From a virus (taxonomy: Duplodnaviria > Caudoviricetes): a stretch of DNA of 42,889 nt. A program made the position numbers and the translations under genes. The DNA is taken from positions 1 to 42,889 of IMG/VR virus record IMGVR_UViG_3300032257_000033; one strand, 5' to 3'. The notes under the pieces are model-generated. The model was given only the letters and a program-made list of their open reading frames with translations, was not told where the DNA came from and did not search any database. Shown here in pieces: positions 10,241 to 19,109 of this stretch; position 1 is the first letter of the stretch, and each line of letters opens with the position of its first letter.

Positions 10241-11461
10241 GTCATTCATTTCATAAGTCTTATTATTAAAGTCTTCTTTCTTACTTACTCTTTTATACAC
10301 CTGATCTGAAATAGCTTTCTTTACAAGTATATGATTTACTACTAAGGTATTACTACCATTGACATTAACGATACGATCGCGTCTTTGAATAAACTTAGCG
10401 CCGCTGTAGTCACTACTAAGAATAATAAAATGTCGAAGATGACTAAGGTCCACACCTTCAGCGTGTGCGTTTGAGCTATAGATTTTAGCTCTTCTAAATT
10501 TTCTTTCAAGAACATTCCGCTCACCAACAAAATGGCACATAATACCAATATCTTCATGGTCTCCAAACTCCTTCATTATATAATCTATCTTTTCTGTATT
10601 ACCTAGTTCTATGTAAGTATCATCTACTTTGGCAATACCTGACTCAAGCATATGTAAACTCGTACGTAACTTCATAGTACTATCACATACTAAATCTAAA
10701 ATATCTAGATCTTGTGGCATATACTCTGTAAACATTCTATTAGCCACTTTAGCAATCTGATGTTCCTGTAGTTCATTATATAGGCTTCTAGTACATGGTT
10801 GTAATTCTACATAGTGAATCTTATCTACTGCTTGAACCGACTTATCAATACCAGCGTCTTCCTGTGTCATATAGATTGTGAATTTATTTATCTCATCTAT
10901 TAACTCTGGTTTGTGTCTATCATATTGCGTTATATCACGTCCTGCGGCTTTAACATAATACTTAATACCAAACGTCTCATGGAACCTATAAAAGTTCTTA
11001 AAGGCTGTAAATGGATTGTATTTAGATATAAACATTTGATGATAAATAGACATTGGACTTTCTACAATAGCTGTCCCACTTAAGTGGATATGTGGTAAAT
11101 TCTGACATAACTTTTTAATAGCAATAACACGCTTAGAAGGCTTAGGAAAAGCTCCTATATTATGCGACTCATCTATTATAACAAGGTCAAAGTGATCTGT
11201 CGGTAACTTATGCACTTGCTCATAGTTAGTAACAGTGTATTCATGCTTTCTGCCTTCTATAAATTTAGACCAGCCTGGTATAGCATTCTTCTTAGTTAAG
11301 ACTAATACATACTTAATTTTATCAGACTTTTCAGCAGCTAGGATGCTAGTAAGTGTTTTACCAGACCTTGGCTTACCCGCTAAATAAGCATATCCAGTAG
11401 TCTTAAGTTGCTGCCATACTAGCTCAGCAAACTTTTCCTGGTGTGGATATGGGGTTACCAT
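10235..11461 (-). CDS. SF2 (SNF2/DEAD-like) helicase; probable start MVTPYPHQ
   Basis: PYPHQ, PRSGKT, IIDESH, LSGT, EGVDL, QRRDR; ATG at 11461 overlaps the upstream stop. Confidence 0.88.
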   Translation of the reverse strand: MVTPYPHQEKFAELVWQQLKTTGYAYLAGKPRSGKTLTSILAAEKSDKIKYVLVLTKKNAIPGWSKFIEGRKHEYTVTNYEQVHKLPTDHFDLVIIDESHNIGAFPKPSKRVIAIKKLCQNLPHIHLSGTAIVESPMSIYHQMFISKYNPFTAFKNFYRFHETFGIKYYVKAAGRDITQYDRHKPELIDEINKFTIYMTQEDAGIDKSVQAVDKIHYVELQPCTRSLYNELQEHQIAKVANRMFTEYMPQDLDILDLVCDSTMKLRTSLHMLESGIAKVDDTYIELGNTEKIDYIMKEFGDHEDIGIMCHFVGERNVLERKFRRAKIYSSNAHAEGVDLSHLRHFIILSSDYSGAKFIQRRDRIVNVNGSNTLVVNHILVKKAISDQVYKRVSKKEDFNNKTYEMNDL

Positions 11462-11733
11462 TATGAAGCATAACCTATTGCCAATAATGCACAAGCAGTA
11501 GCTAGTATAACATTTAACATAATCTGGTAGAAACATGGATTAGTCAAGTCTACTGGAACTATATCACCATTAATAGGCTGTGTGACTTCAATCTTATGTT
11601 CCTCCATCTTCATTACTTTAGTACTAGTCACTCTATATAACTCGCCTCTAACTTTGTATATACCAGGCTTTGGGTAATTTGCAGCTGAGTACAATCTGTC
11701 TTCAGGTACATTTAAGTCTGTGATTTTCATCAT
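11461..11733 (-). CDS. Hypothetical protein with C-terminal hydrophobic helix
   Basis: Coupled ORF with AAGGAG RBS; C-terminal IMLNVILATACALLAIG. Confidence 0.7.
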   Translation of the reverse strand: MMKITDLNVPEDRLYSAANYPKPGIYKVRGELYRVTSTKVMKMEEHKIEVTQPINGDIVPVDLTNPCFYQIMLNVILATACALLAIGYAS

Positions 11734-11957
11734 AGCTCCTTTAATTGTTTAGCTAATAAGAGTATATAACCTTCTACCTGGTCTCTTAATGCTTCTTGTG
11801 CTTCAGCTTTCTCTTCTTCATTATGATTAAGGCTAAATACCATTCTGTCCAACTCGATAATAGTTGTACGCTCGTTTTCCATTTCAAAGTCTTTTTGGTC
11901 TTCTTCTGAATGCTCCACATATTCTAAGTGGATTAACTTCGGTTCTTGCTCTGTCAT
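11730..11957 (-). CDS. Hypothetical acidic protein
   Basis: Coupled ORF with AGGAG RBS. Confidence 0.7.
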   Translation of the reverse strand: MTEQEPKLIHLEYVEHSEEDQKDFEMENERTTIIELDRMVFSLNHNEEEKAEAQEALRDQVEGYILLLAKQLKEL

Positions 11958-12247
11958 TATATTCTCCTGCTATCTATAGCTTCTATTAGCTCTTTTACCT
12001 GCTCTACTTCCCATGCAACCATTTGCACACCGCCGCTTAATTCTATCTGCTTCAAGTTATACTCTTGTAACTTAGAAACATTATTCTTACTTTCTGGTCT
12101 TTTAACTTCAATGCCAATAAATCTACTGTCATAACAGCATAGAATATCAGGCACACCGCTTTTACTTGCTGATACAATCTTAACAACATAAGCATCTACT
12201 GACTCTAGATACTTAATCATTTTCTTTTGTATGGCTTGCTCTGTCAT
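11957..12247 (-). CDS. VRR-NUC (PD-(D/E)xK) nuclease / resolvase
   Basis: EQAIQKK, GVPDI, IEVKRP, SKLQ motifs. Confidence 0.9.
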   Translation of the reverse strand: MTEQAIQKKMIKYLESVDAYVVKIVSASKSGVPDILCCYDSRFIGIEVKRPESKNNVSKLQEYNLKQIELSGGVQMVAWEVEQVKELIEAIDSRRI

Positions 12248-12420
12248 AATGTAAAGACCTGAACTTTTAAATCACCTTGAGTTAACTTAATACCTGCATC
12301 AAATCCCTCCATAATAAGTTTACGAATATTAGACTTATGCTTATTACTTACTTGCATTTTACCTACTTCACCTTTTATGTAAAGCTCATAGTCTCTACGG
12401 CTATTTAATTGTATTTCCAT
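12244..12420 (-). CDS. Hypothetical protein, 58 aa (MEIQLNSRRDY...), absent from the ORF track
   Basis: Fills the gap exactly, with TAATG and ATGA overlaps on the two sides. Confidence 0.7.
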   Translation of the reverse strand: MEIQLNSRRDYELYIKGEVGKMQVSNKHKSNIRKLIMEGFDAGIKLTQGDLKVQVFTL

Positions 12421-13304
12421 TAGTCGCTTACCTTTTTATCTTCTCTTACTCTAACATACGTAGGCTGGATATATGTGTCCATAATCTGCTCATACTCTAT
12501 CTCAATAATCTTATCTAAGAAACAATCCTCATGATAACCACGTTCTTCATCACTTAGACCACTGCCAACACTAACTTCTCTACTAAAACTATCTAGTAAG
12601 ACTAATGCACCTATTTTACCTGTGTACTTACCTTCACCTTCTTCAACGCCAATACATCTTAAATCAGCTGTAGGTCTATTTTTAAGCTTTATAGAATGAT
12701 TAACTCTTTTACCTATATGATAGATTGAATCTGGCTCTACTAGCATGCCGCCTTCCCAACCAGCACTGGTAAATTGTTTAACACAAGCTCTAGCTTCTTT
12801 ACCTGTAATTAACATGGTCTTAACTGTCTCTAAATATCTTAAACCTTCTATTAAATATGCTGCAGTTCTGATACGAGTACCATAAGGCACAGTCGTCTGA
12901 AGCTCTCCGTTTATAATCTCTAAACAGTCAAAGACTTTAATATTAGTAAAAGCTTGTTCTAATCCTATATTAGCCATACTTTTAGAGAAGTTAGTTCTAT
13001 ATGTGGTAAGCACAGCCGAGTGTCTACGATCACCTAGTTTACCTTCACATTTATTCATAAACTCGCCAACTAAAATGAAATCACCTGGCACTCTTGACAG
13101 CTCATCTTCAACTAGCTCTATAGTGAACTCTTTCCAATCTGAAGTAAAGAATTGTATTTGCTTACTACGTTTTACAATAAAGATTTGGTTACCATCATAT
13201 TTAATAGATAATAAGTATTTAGTATCATTAAAGGTATCTAAAGTTTTCTTTGGCAGCTTATCAAAAGCTTTACCTTTCTGTGGTTTAAGCTGAAGCATTA
13301 TCAA
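12420..13304 (-). CDS. ATP-dependent DNA ligase
   Basis: KYDG adenylation motif, LVGE, VFD, EGGML, KLK and OB-fold VGSGLSD..R. Confidence 0.93.
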   Translation of the reverse strand: MIMLQLKPQKGKAFDKLPKKTLDTFNDTKYLLSIKYDGNQIFIVKRSKQIQFFTSDWKEFTIELVEDELSRVPGDFILVGEFMNKCEGKLGDRRHSAVLTTYRTNFSKSMANIGLEQAFTNIKVFDCLEIINGELQTTVPYGTRIRTAAYLIEGLRYLETVKTMLITGKEARACVKQFTSAGWEGGMLVEPDSIYHIGKRVNHSIKLKNRPTADLRCIGVEEGEGKYTGKIGALVLLDSFSREVSVGSGLSDEERGYHEDCFLDKIIEIEYEQIMDTYIQPTYVRVREDKKVSD

Positions 13305-13635
13305 ACTCTAATTTTAATTGTGCATAAGCCGGGTCTGATGATTTAATAAAGTTACCATGTTCATTAAGAAAACCTTGGCGGTCTTTAATTTCATTATAAG
13401 CATGCTCCCAACACTCTTCAAGTGTAAGCGCTTCAAGAGCAGCAAGATTAGTTAATACGACTAAACAATCGCCAATATCATCTTTAATACTTTTACCCTT
13501 ACCTACATTATCCTGTAGTTCACCTACCTCAGACCCAAGTTTTAATGCTTGTGTAACAGTCTTGCCATTAGTTAGAATGCCTTTATCATGTGACCATGCC
13601 AAAGTAAGATTTCTCAATATTTCTAATGTTTTCAC
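13285..13635 (-). CDS. MazG-like nucleotide pyrophosphohydrolase
   Basis: KLGSEVGEL...DDIGD (ExxE...DxxD) and AYNEIKDR. Confidence 0.85.
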   Translation of the reverse strand: MKTLEILRNLTLAWSHDKGILTNGKTVTQALKLGSEVGELQDNVGKGKSIKDDIGDCLVVLTNLAALEALTLEECWEHAYNEIKDRQGFLNEHGNFIKSSDPAYAQLKLEFDNASA

Positions 13636-13859
13636 TTATTGTCCTTTTCTATTTCTAGTTGTAAACTATCTTCGCTAAATGGATGCAATACTAAACCTTG
13701 ATGTGTATAGATATGCTTGGCCACTGTAATACTAGGGTTGTAGTTATGTAACTTATAGCTACTAACCATACTAATAGAAACGCCTAATAAGTCGGCAATC
13801 TCCTGTCCTTGCTTCCCATCATCTGCTAGTGAGGTGATGTAGTCCTTGATAAATATCAT
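13632..13859 (-). CDS. Helix-turn-helix DNA-binding protein
   Basis: GQEIADLLGVSISMVSSYK...PS; first gene after a promoter. Confidence 0.8.
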   Translation of the reverse strand: MIFIKDYITSLADDGKQGQEIADLLGVSISMVSSYKLHNYNPSITVAKHIYTHQGLVLHPFSEDSLQLEIEKDNK

Positions 13860-13880
13860 CTTCTTCCTTTCGTTCTTTCT

Positions 13881-13913
13881 ATTATATCCAAATAAAGATT
13901 AAAATTTAATTAA
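13881..13913 (-). promoter_or_regulatory. Sigma70-type promoter
   Basis: TTAAT-N6-TTAAT-N9-GATATAAT on the minus strand. Confidence 0.75.
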
Positions 13914-14006
13914 ATCTAATTTGATTATATGGCAATTTTTATCACCTGAATATAAATACTCAGATAATAATTTTAAAGTCCATATTGGCTAGATATGGAG
14001 TCCGTA

Positions 14007-14597
14007 TCAATCTTCAAAATGGATTAAAAATGCAATATTTGTTAATGCGTGAGATAAATGACTAAGCCCGCTCTCTTTATCAACCTTCTCGCCACTTCTC
14101 CAGCTTTCTAGGTGGCGATATAAAGCATCTACATAACGATCAGTGTCATCAGCTTGTTTCCAATTATTAGGCTTATACTTTTTAGCACCGTAAGTAAGTA
14201 CAGAAGCTAGTGCTTTAGTGGCAGATGGTGGTATTAAACCATAACGTAATTTACCAGCATCAAACTTCATAAAGTCTTCAACTATAACTACTTCTTTAAT
14301 ACCTATCTTATTAATAGCATCTGCACAATTAACACATGGTGTATGCGTTACATAAATCTTTTCTGGTAGAGCTAAGCCATTGCCGTCTAAGTTACTAATA
14401 GCTGCAACTTCTGCATGTATTACAGAGTCTAAAGTATGACCGTCTTCACACTCACAGTCATGCCCATCATTATGGTTAGCTCCTGTGCTAAGTACTGTAT
14501 TATGACGGTCTGTAATTACAGCACCAACTTTACGTTTCTTACATGTGGAGGCAGCAGCTACTTTTAGTGCTAACCTCTCTATATCTTCTATTTTCAT
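14007..14597 (-). CDS. dCMP deaminase fused to DUF5664 (dATP/dGTP diphosphohydrolase-type) domain
   Basis: N-terminal KVGAVI, HAE, PCVNC; from about aa 110 KFDAGK, YGAKKY..NNW, ALYRHL, D.ESGLSHLSHA. Confidence 0.88.
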   Translation of the reverse strand: MKIEDIERLALKVAAASTCKKRKVGAVITDRHNTVLSTGANHNDGHDCECEDGHTLDSVIHAEVAAISNLDGNGLALPEKIYVTHTPCVNCADAINKIGIKEVVIVEDFMKFDAGKLRYGLIPPSATKALASVLTYGAKKYKPNNWKQADDTDRYVDALYRHLESWRSGEKVDKESGLSHLSHALTNIAFLIHFED

Positions 14598-14598
14598 A

Positions 14599-16230
14599 TT
14601 AAGCCTTTAACTCAAATTTTACTGCTGGTTTAGGATGATAACTTACTATCTCTAAACTCTCTTTTGTAAAGTTATAAATACTATCAGTAAGTCTAAAACC
14701 TACTGATGTGCCATAACAAGTGTCTCTTAATAGCTTTGTAAATAGTTCAATGTGTTCCTCATATAAATGAGTGTCACCAAAGTTAAAAGTAATCTCACCT
14801 GGTATTAAGTCACACTCATTAGCTATAGTAATAACATATAGTGCAGCAAGGATAAAATCACTTGGTGCACCAATAGCAAAATCAACTGATCGTTGAGTCC
14901 ATACCATATCTAGTTTTCCTTGTCGCACAGAAAACTGGTATTGTGTATGGCATGGGTCGAGTGAGAGTTTACCTCTATTATCAGGGTTCCATAAGTCAAT
15001 AAGTATCCTACGACTTGCTGGTTCATTTTTAATGAGATTAATGGCATAATCGAGTTGCGCTCTTGGAGGATAGTCTAGAACAAGCTCTCCATTTTCTCCT
15101 GCCCATAGTTTCCAGTAGGGGCAACCATTGGCTTCGAATTCGGCAACATTTTTTGAATCTTGTAAGAATGAGATGAATTCACCAACTACTCCCTTATGAA
15201 AAATCTTACGCATATTAAGCAAAGGAAAACCATTACTTAAATCATACTTTAACTGTGTTCCGAATAATGATAGTGTTCTACCATTTCTACCTTCTTGCCA
15301 GATACCGTTATTGATAATCTGCATTCCTAGCTTTTTATAAGCTTTATCTATAGACTCCCGTGGGTCCCATAAGACAATCTCCTCTCCATTAAATTGGTGC
15401 ATATGAACTAGTCTAACTGTTACCAAAGCGTCTACTGCAGTCATACCAGCATTCTCATACATATCAACTAGTGTGTCCCAGCATTCTGACTCTGTCTGAC
15501 AACCTATTAATGCTTTCTCAGCTTTCTTAGGGCCTATGCCAGGAATACCTGTAATATTATCTACTTTGTCACCTACCATAGCTTGCATAAAAGGCCACTT
15601 CATTTTAGTGTCTGCGTCACACTCCATCCACTTCATCTCTATATTATATTTAGCTGACTCGTAGTAATTAAAGTGTTTACCTTCAACAGAAAACAATAAG
15701 TCTTTATCAATTGCTACCATAATATATTTCTCTGGCTCAGCCACCTTCTTATATACTACAATATCATCAGCTTCCCATTGAGTAGCCATTGAGCCGTCAA
15801 AGTTCTCTAATAACTTATCCTTTAGTTCACGTAAACCAGCAGGAGTTCTAAACCCAGATCTGTTAGCTTTATAATCTGTCGCTACTTCATATCTAAAGTT
15901 CTCTCTGCCTCCGGTAAAATGCATCTCACATTCTCTACAGCCTGTTTTATCATAGATACGCTGTAACTTTTCCATTGCTTTAACATAAGCTTCATCTATA
16001 TTATTAGTCCAACGAGCGTTAGTCTCTTCATCATACTCTGGACTATTAATAATTTCTTCATACTCTTCATCAGTATACATTTCTTTTGGTAATAAGTCTT
16101 CACATTGTTCTGTTAATAAACATGATGTATAAGCTAATGTATCAGCATCTATAAGAGCGATCTGCTCTGTTACTTGAGGCATTACTTTACCATCGATGTC
16201 TATATCAATGTCTATAAATTCTTCACTCAT
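14599..16230 (-). CDS. 5'-3' exonuclease fused to thymidylate-synthase-family domain (Asp at the Asn177 position)
   Basis: Exonuclease: LIDAD, NFR, YKANR, EADD, DKD, GDKVDNITGIPGIGPKKA. TS domain: SRR, PCH, QRSVDFAIGAPSD, GDTHLY. Confidence 0.92.
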   Translation of the reverse strand: MSEEFIDIDIDIDGKVMPQVTEQIALIDADTLAYTSCLLTEQCEDLLPKEMYTDEEYEEIINSPEYDEETNARWTNNIDEAYVKAMEKLQRIYDKTGCRECEMHFTGGRENFRYEVATDYKANRSGFRTPAGLRELKDKLLENFDGSMATQWEADDIVVYKKVAEPEKYIMVAIDKDLLFSVEGKHFNYYESAKYNIEMKWMECDADTKMKWPFMQAMVGDKVDNITGIPGIGPKKAEKALIGCQTESECWDTLVDMYENAGMTAVDALVTVRLVHMHQFNGEEIVLWDPRESIDKAYKKLGMQIINNGIWQEGRNGRTLSLFGTQLKYDLSNGFPLLNMRKIFHKGVVGEFISFLQDSKNVAEFEANGCPYWKLWAGENGELVLDYPPRAQLDYAINLIKNEPASRRILIDLWNPDNRGKLSLDPCHTQYQFSVRQGKLDMVWTQRSVDFAIGAPSDFILAALYVITIANECDLIPGEITFNFGDTHLYEEHIELFTKLLRDTCYGTSVGFRLTDSIYNFTKESLEIVSYHPKPAVKFELKA

Positions 16231-16472
16231 CTTAGTACTCCTTTATCTTGTAATACTTTTACAGCTTTTAATATATTTTCTGCAGGCTCCATACATACTC
16301 TACAAGGCTCTATAAAAACTGATATTTCTACTTTGGAAGCTCCAGTAATATTACTAGCTTTAGTGCTTTTTTGCGTGGTTAACCTTGCTTCTTTCTCATA
16401 AGATAAACTTAAGTTAGTGCCGCATTCAGCACAACGTAAGTGTGTCTCTAGTATACCTCTACAACTTACCAT
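16227..16472 (-). CDS. Small putative Zn-binding protein
   Basis: CAEC...CRVC; coupled between the polymerase and exonuclease genes. Confidence 0.65.
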   Translation of the reverse strand: MVSCRGILETHLRCAECGTNLSLSYEKEARLTTQKSTKASNITGASKVEISVFIEPCRVCMEPAENILKAVKVLQDKGVLR

Positions 16473-18146
16473 TTAGTACTCCTTACATACATCTAAATAC
16501 TCTACCTCTACAGGCATTGGTATATCTTTATAGAACAGCATGTCACATTTACACATCTCTGTCCAACCTCTTTTCATTGCTGTTACTAGACGATCAGCCC
16601 ATAACTCTACAGTAGCTCTATCTATACCATCTTTAAAGACAAGACGCTTATAACCAGCATCATGAACTATATTAAAGATTAGTTTTAAGGCTTCAGGATA
16701 TTCCTTACAAAGATAATGGATAGCTAACTTCATAGTTTCAGCAATACAACCTTGTGTTGCATAGTTAATTGCGTCAGTACCAAGCCTAGGTTTATTTCTA
16801 TGCCCAAGTGGCGTAGAAACTGGAGTGGTTTTATAATCATTCCATCTAGCTTTATGGTATCTTGCAATCATTTTATATTTCATATCATACTTACGTTTAA
16901 TAACTGCAGCCTCATCTTGTGTAAAGATAACACCATAGTTAACATAAGCATATTCAACAAACGAAGGAGCAGACATACCAAAGATAAAACCAAAACTAAC
17001 TGCTTTACCCCTTTGTCTATCTTCCTTTGTAATTTCCTCAATAGGTTTACCTGTGGCAAGGCTGGCACTAACTTTATGTAAGTCCATACCATCCATTAGT
17101 TCTTGATACATTACAGGCTCTCTCATAATACTACATGCAGCTCTAAGCTCAGCAGTAGAATAATCGGCATGTATAACAACTGAATCCTCTGTGTCTGAGT
17201 TAAAGATATATTGTAGATCACGAGGTATCTGTTGAGCATTGATACTTCTATCTAAGTCACCACCAGTTGATGTAAATCTACCAGTGGCAGCACCAGCTAC
17301 ATTGAAACGCGTAATGACTTTAGGGAAGTTGTAGCTATGTAGCATAGTTCTACGCTTCAATAGTCTACGTTGCTTGAATACTAGTTCTGCAATCTCGTTA
17401 CCATCACCAATAAGTCTAATTAGAACTTCTTTAGAGCTACTGTCAGTACCTAAGGCTGCTTTAACTTGCTTAGGTGAATTTGGATTTAACCCATTTAACT
17501 TGGCATAGTTATCATTAATAGTATCTTCAATAGCATCTAATTCTTTTCTAACTGCTGTTTGATTAGACACAAGACCATTTTGTTGGTATTCAATAGCATA
17601 CTTCATACTTAGTATATCTACTTTGTATGCTAACACTTCCCTACACTTTTGTACCTGTGCATTCTTCCATATTAAACTAAGTGCATAAACATCTGTAGCT
17701 GAATACTTAAGTTGCGCGTCAGATAAATAAGCACCTGGCATAAAACCAGCTTTTTGTAGAGTAGCTTTATTTAACCCATCATATAAACTGTTATGCCCTA
17801 GTTGTATAACTACATTATCTAGTCTAAAGTCTTGCCATGATGGGTAGGCAATACGTGATAGATATAGAGTATCATCAAACTTCTCTGTTGTCATGTTCAG
17901 TGTACCAAAGTCATATGAAGCACCATGCCAAATAGTCCATAATGGTTTAATGAAGTCTTTTATCTCATCAACTGAAATGATATCAGTATCTAATATGTAT
18001 ATGATAGGGTCTGTTGAGGGTTGGTAGAGTTGTACTAAGCGTAAGTTAATATATAGACCATAAGTCTCAATATCTGCAAATGTCTCTACACCTGGTTGTA
18101 AGTGTTTTACCTCTTCTAAAGAGTCTACTACTTTAAAGTTAATCAT
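16473..18146 (-). CDS. Family A DNA polymerase with 3'-5' exonuclease
   Basis: DIET, YD, YSATD (exonuclease); TGRF, NAQQIPR, DYSTAELR, RQRGKAVSFG, VHD. Confidence 0.95.
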   Translation of the reverse strand: MINFKVVDSLEEVKHLQPGVETFADIETYGLYINLRLVQLYQPSTDPIIYILDTDIISVDEIKDFIKPLWTIWHGASYDFGTLNMTTEKFDDTLYLSRIAYPSWQDFRLDNVVIQLGHNSLYDGLNKATLQKAGFMPGAYLSDAQLKYSATDVYALSLIWKNAQVQKCREVLAYKVDILSMKYAIEYQQNGLVSNQTAVRKELDAIEDTINDNYAKLNGLNPNSPKQVKAALGTDSSSKEVLIRLIGDGNEIAELVFKQRRLLKRRTMLHSYNFPKVITRFNVAGAATGRFTSTGGDLDRSINAQQIPRDLQYIFNSDTEDSVVIHADYSTAELRAACSIMREPVMYQELMDGMDLHKVSASLATGKPIEEITKEDRQRGKAVSFGFIFGMSAPSFVEYAYVNYGVIFTQDEAAVIKRKYDMKYKMIARYHKARWNDYKTTPVSTPLGHRNKPRLGTDAINYATQGCIAETMKLAIHYLCKEYPEALKLIFNIVHDAGYKRLVFKDGIDRATVELWADRLVTAMKRGWTEMCKCDMLFYKDIPMPVEVEYLDVCKEY

Positions 18147-18195
18147 TTTCTAAGTGTGTCCTTCACTGTTTAGTTGTATTGTAATTCTTTGATAA

Positions 18196-18215
18196 ATAAA
18201 AAGAGCCGAAGCTCT
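18196..18215 (-). terminator. Intrinsic terminator after ssb
   Basis: AGAGC-TTCG-GCTCT followed by a T run on the minus strand. Confidence 0.8.
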
Positions 18216-18220
18216 AATTA

Positions 18221-18829
18221 CTAAAGATCTGGTTCGTCTGCAGGAAGTGCTGGTACAGCATCTCCAAGGTCAATATCTTCACCGTCCATCTCATCTACTT
18301 CAATCTCAGTACCTTCATACTTAGTAAGAGTAGCAATCTGTACAGCGCTTAAATATAGTGTTACTTTCTGAGCACCACCAACATCATTACCTTGAGCAGT
18401 ACCATGAATTACACCTGTTGAACCGTTACCAACTGACCAGTCAGCCGCATGAACAGCAGTAGTAATATCATTACCTTTATGGTCAAATACTTTAACCACT
18501 TGTGGATTACCATTAGGCCATACTGTATTAGTTTTAAATGTAACTAATACATCATTAGTCTCTTCACCAGTCTCTTTATCAAGAACAGGTTTGATACCAT
18601 TAGTCTTAGGTTTAACTGCCGGCTTAATACCATTAGCTGTTTTATAAGCTGTCCACTCTTCGTCGATCTGAGCTAAAATATTCTTATGCGCTTCAGAATC
18701 TTTTTCTAATACTACAGAACATACAAATTGCATATGAGGGTCATTACCAGGCATAGCTTGGTCTCTTCCTTCTCCATCAATAAATACGTATCTTAGTTCA
18801 CCTTTTGGTGTTTTTACTTTTGTTGCCAT
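18221..18829 (-). CDS. Single-stranded DNA-binding protein (T7 gp2.5-like)
   Basis: KTPKGELRY, VGNGSTG, VTLYLSAVQI and an acidic C-terminal tail; adjacent to the polymerase gene. Confidence 0.82.
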   Translation of the reverse strand: MATKVKTPKGELRYVFIDGEGRDQAMPGNDPHMQFVCSVVLEKDSEAHKNILAQIDEEWTAYKTANGIKPAVKPKTNGIKPVLDKETGEETNDVLVTFKTNTVWPNGNPQVVKVFDHKGNDITTAVHAADWSVGNGSTGVIHGTAQGNDVGGAQKVTLYLSAVQIATLTKYEGTEIEVDEMDGEDIDLGDAVPALPADEPDL

Positions 18830-19105
18830 CTTGTTTTCCTTGTTTTAGTTGTTTTCATCTGTACATCATCTTGTATAAGTTAAGCTATCTTATATAGGCT
18901 TAGAGATACCAGCAGTGCATAATATGGATTAACCACAAATGCCACTATGTTTGTGTTACTGGTACCGCTAAACCTAAGTTTAGCACTAGTCTTTCCTAGT
19001 AGTCAACTAAAGACCAAAAAATATCAATACAATATTTTTAATGTAGTTTAACCTCTCCAGGTTCGGCTTATAGGCCTAAGCACACCCTCCAACAGAGGAT
19101 GCATT
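18830..19105 (-). ncRNA. Candidate structured RNA / ssb leader
   Basis: Series of hairpins including a ~19-bp stem (18895-18976) whose mismatches read as G-U on the minus strand. Confidence 0.45.
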
Positions 19106-19109
19106 AGAC

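Noticed and set aside
11945-12247. Adjacent genes both starting MTEQ (13 identical bases)
   Set aside because: Too short, and there is no further similarity between the proteins.
13632-13859. Lysogeny repressor implying a temperate lifestyle
   Set aside because: Lone HTH without a peptidase domain, no divergent cro/cI pair, and no integrase or partition genes.
13285-14597. Z-genome (2-aminoadenine) or 7-deazaguanine system suggested by DUF5664 and MazG
   Set aside because: No PurZ, HD-domain dATPase, DpdA or Que-family gene is recognisable anywhere in the genome.
18830-19105. tRNA gene in the structured intergenic region
   Set aside because: No cloverleaf with T-loop/D-loop consensus could be built.
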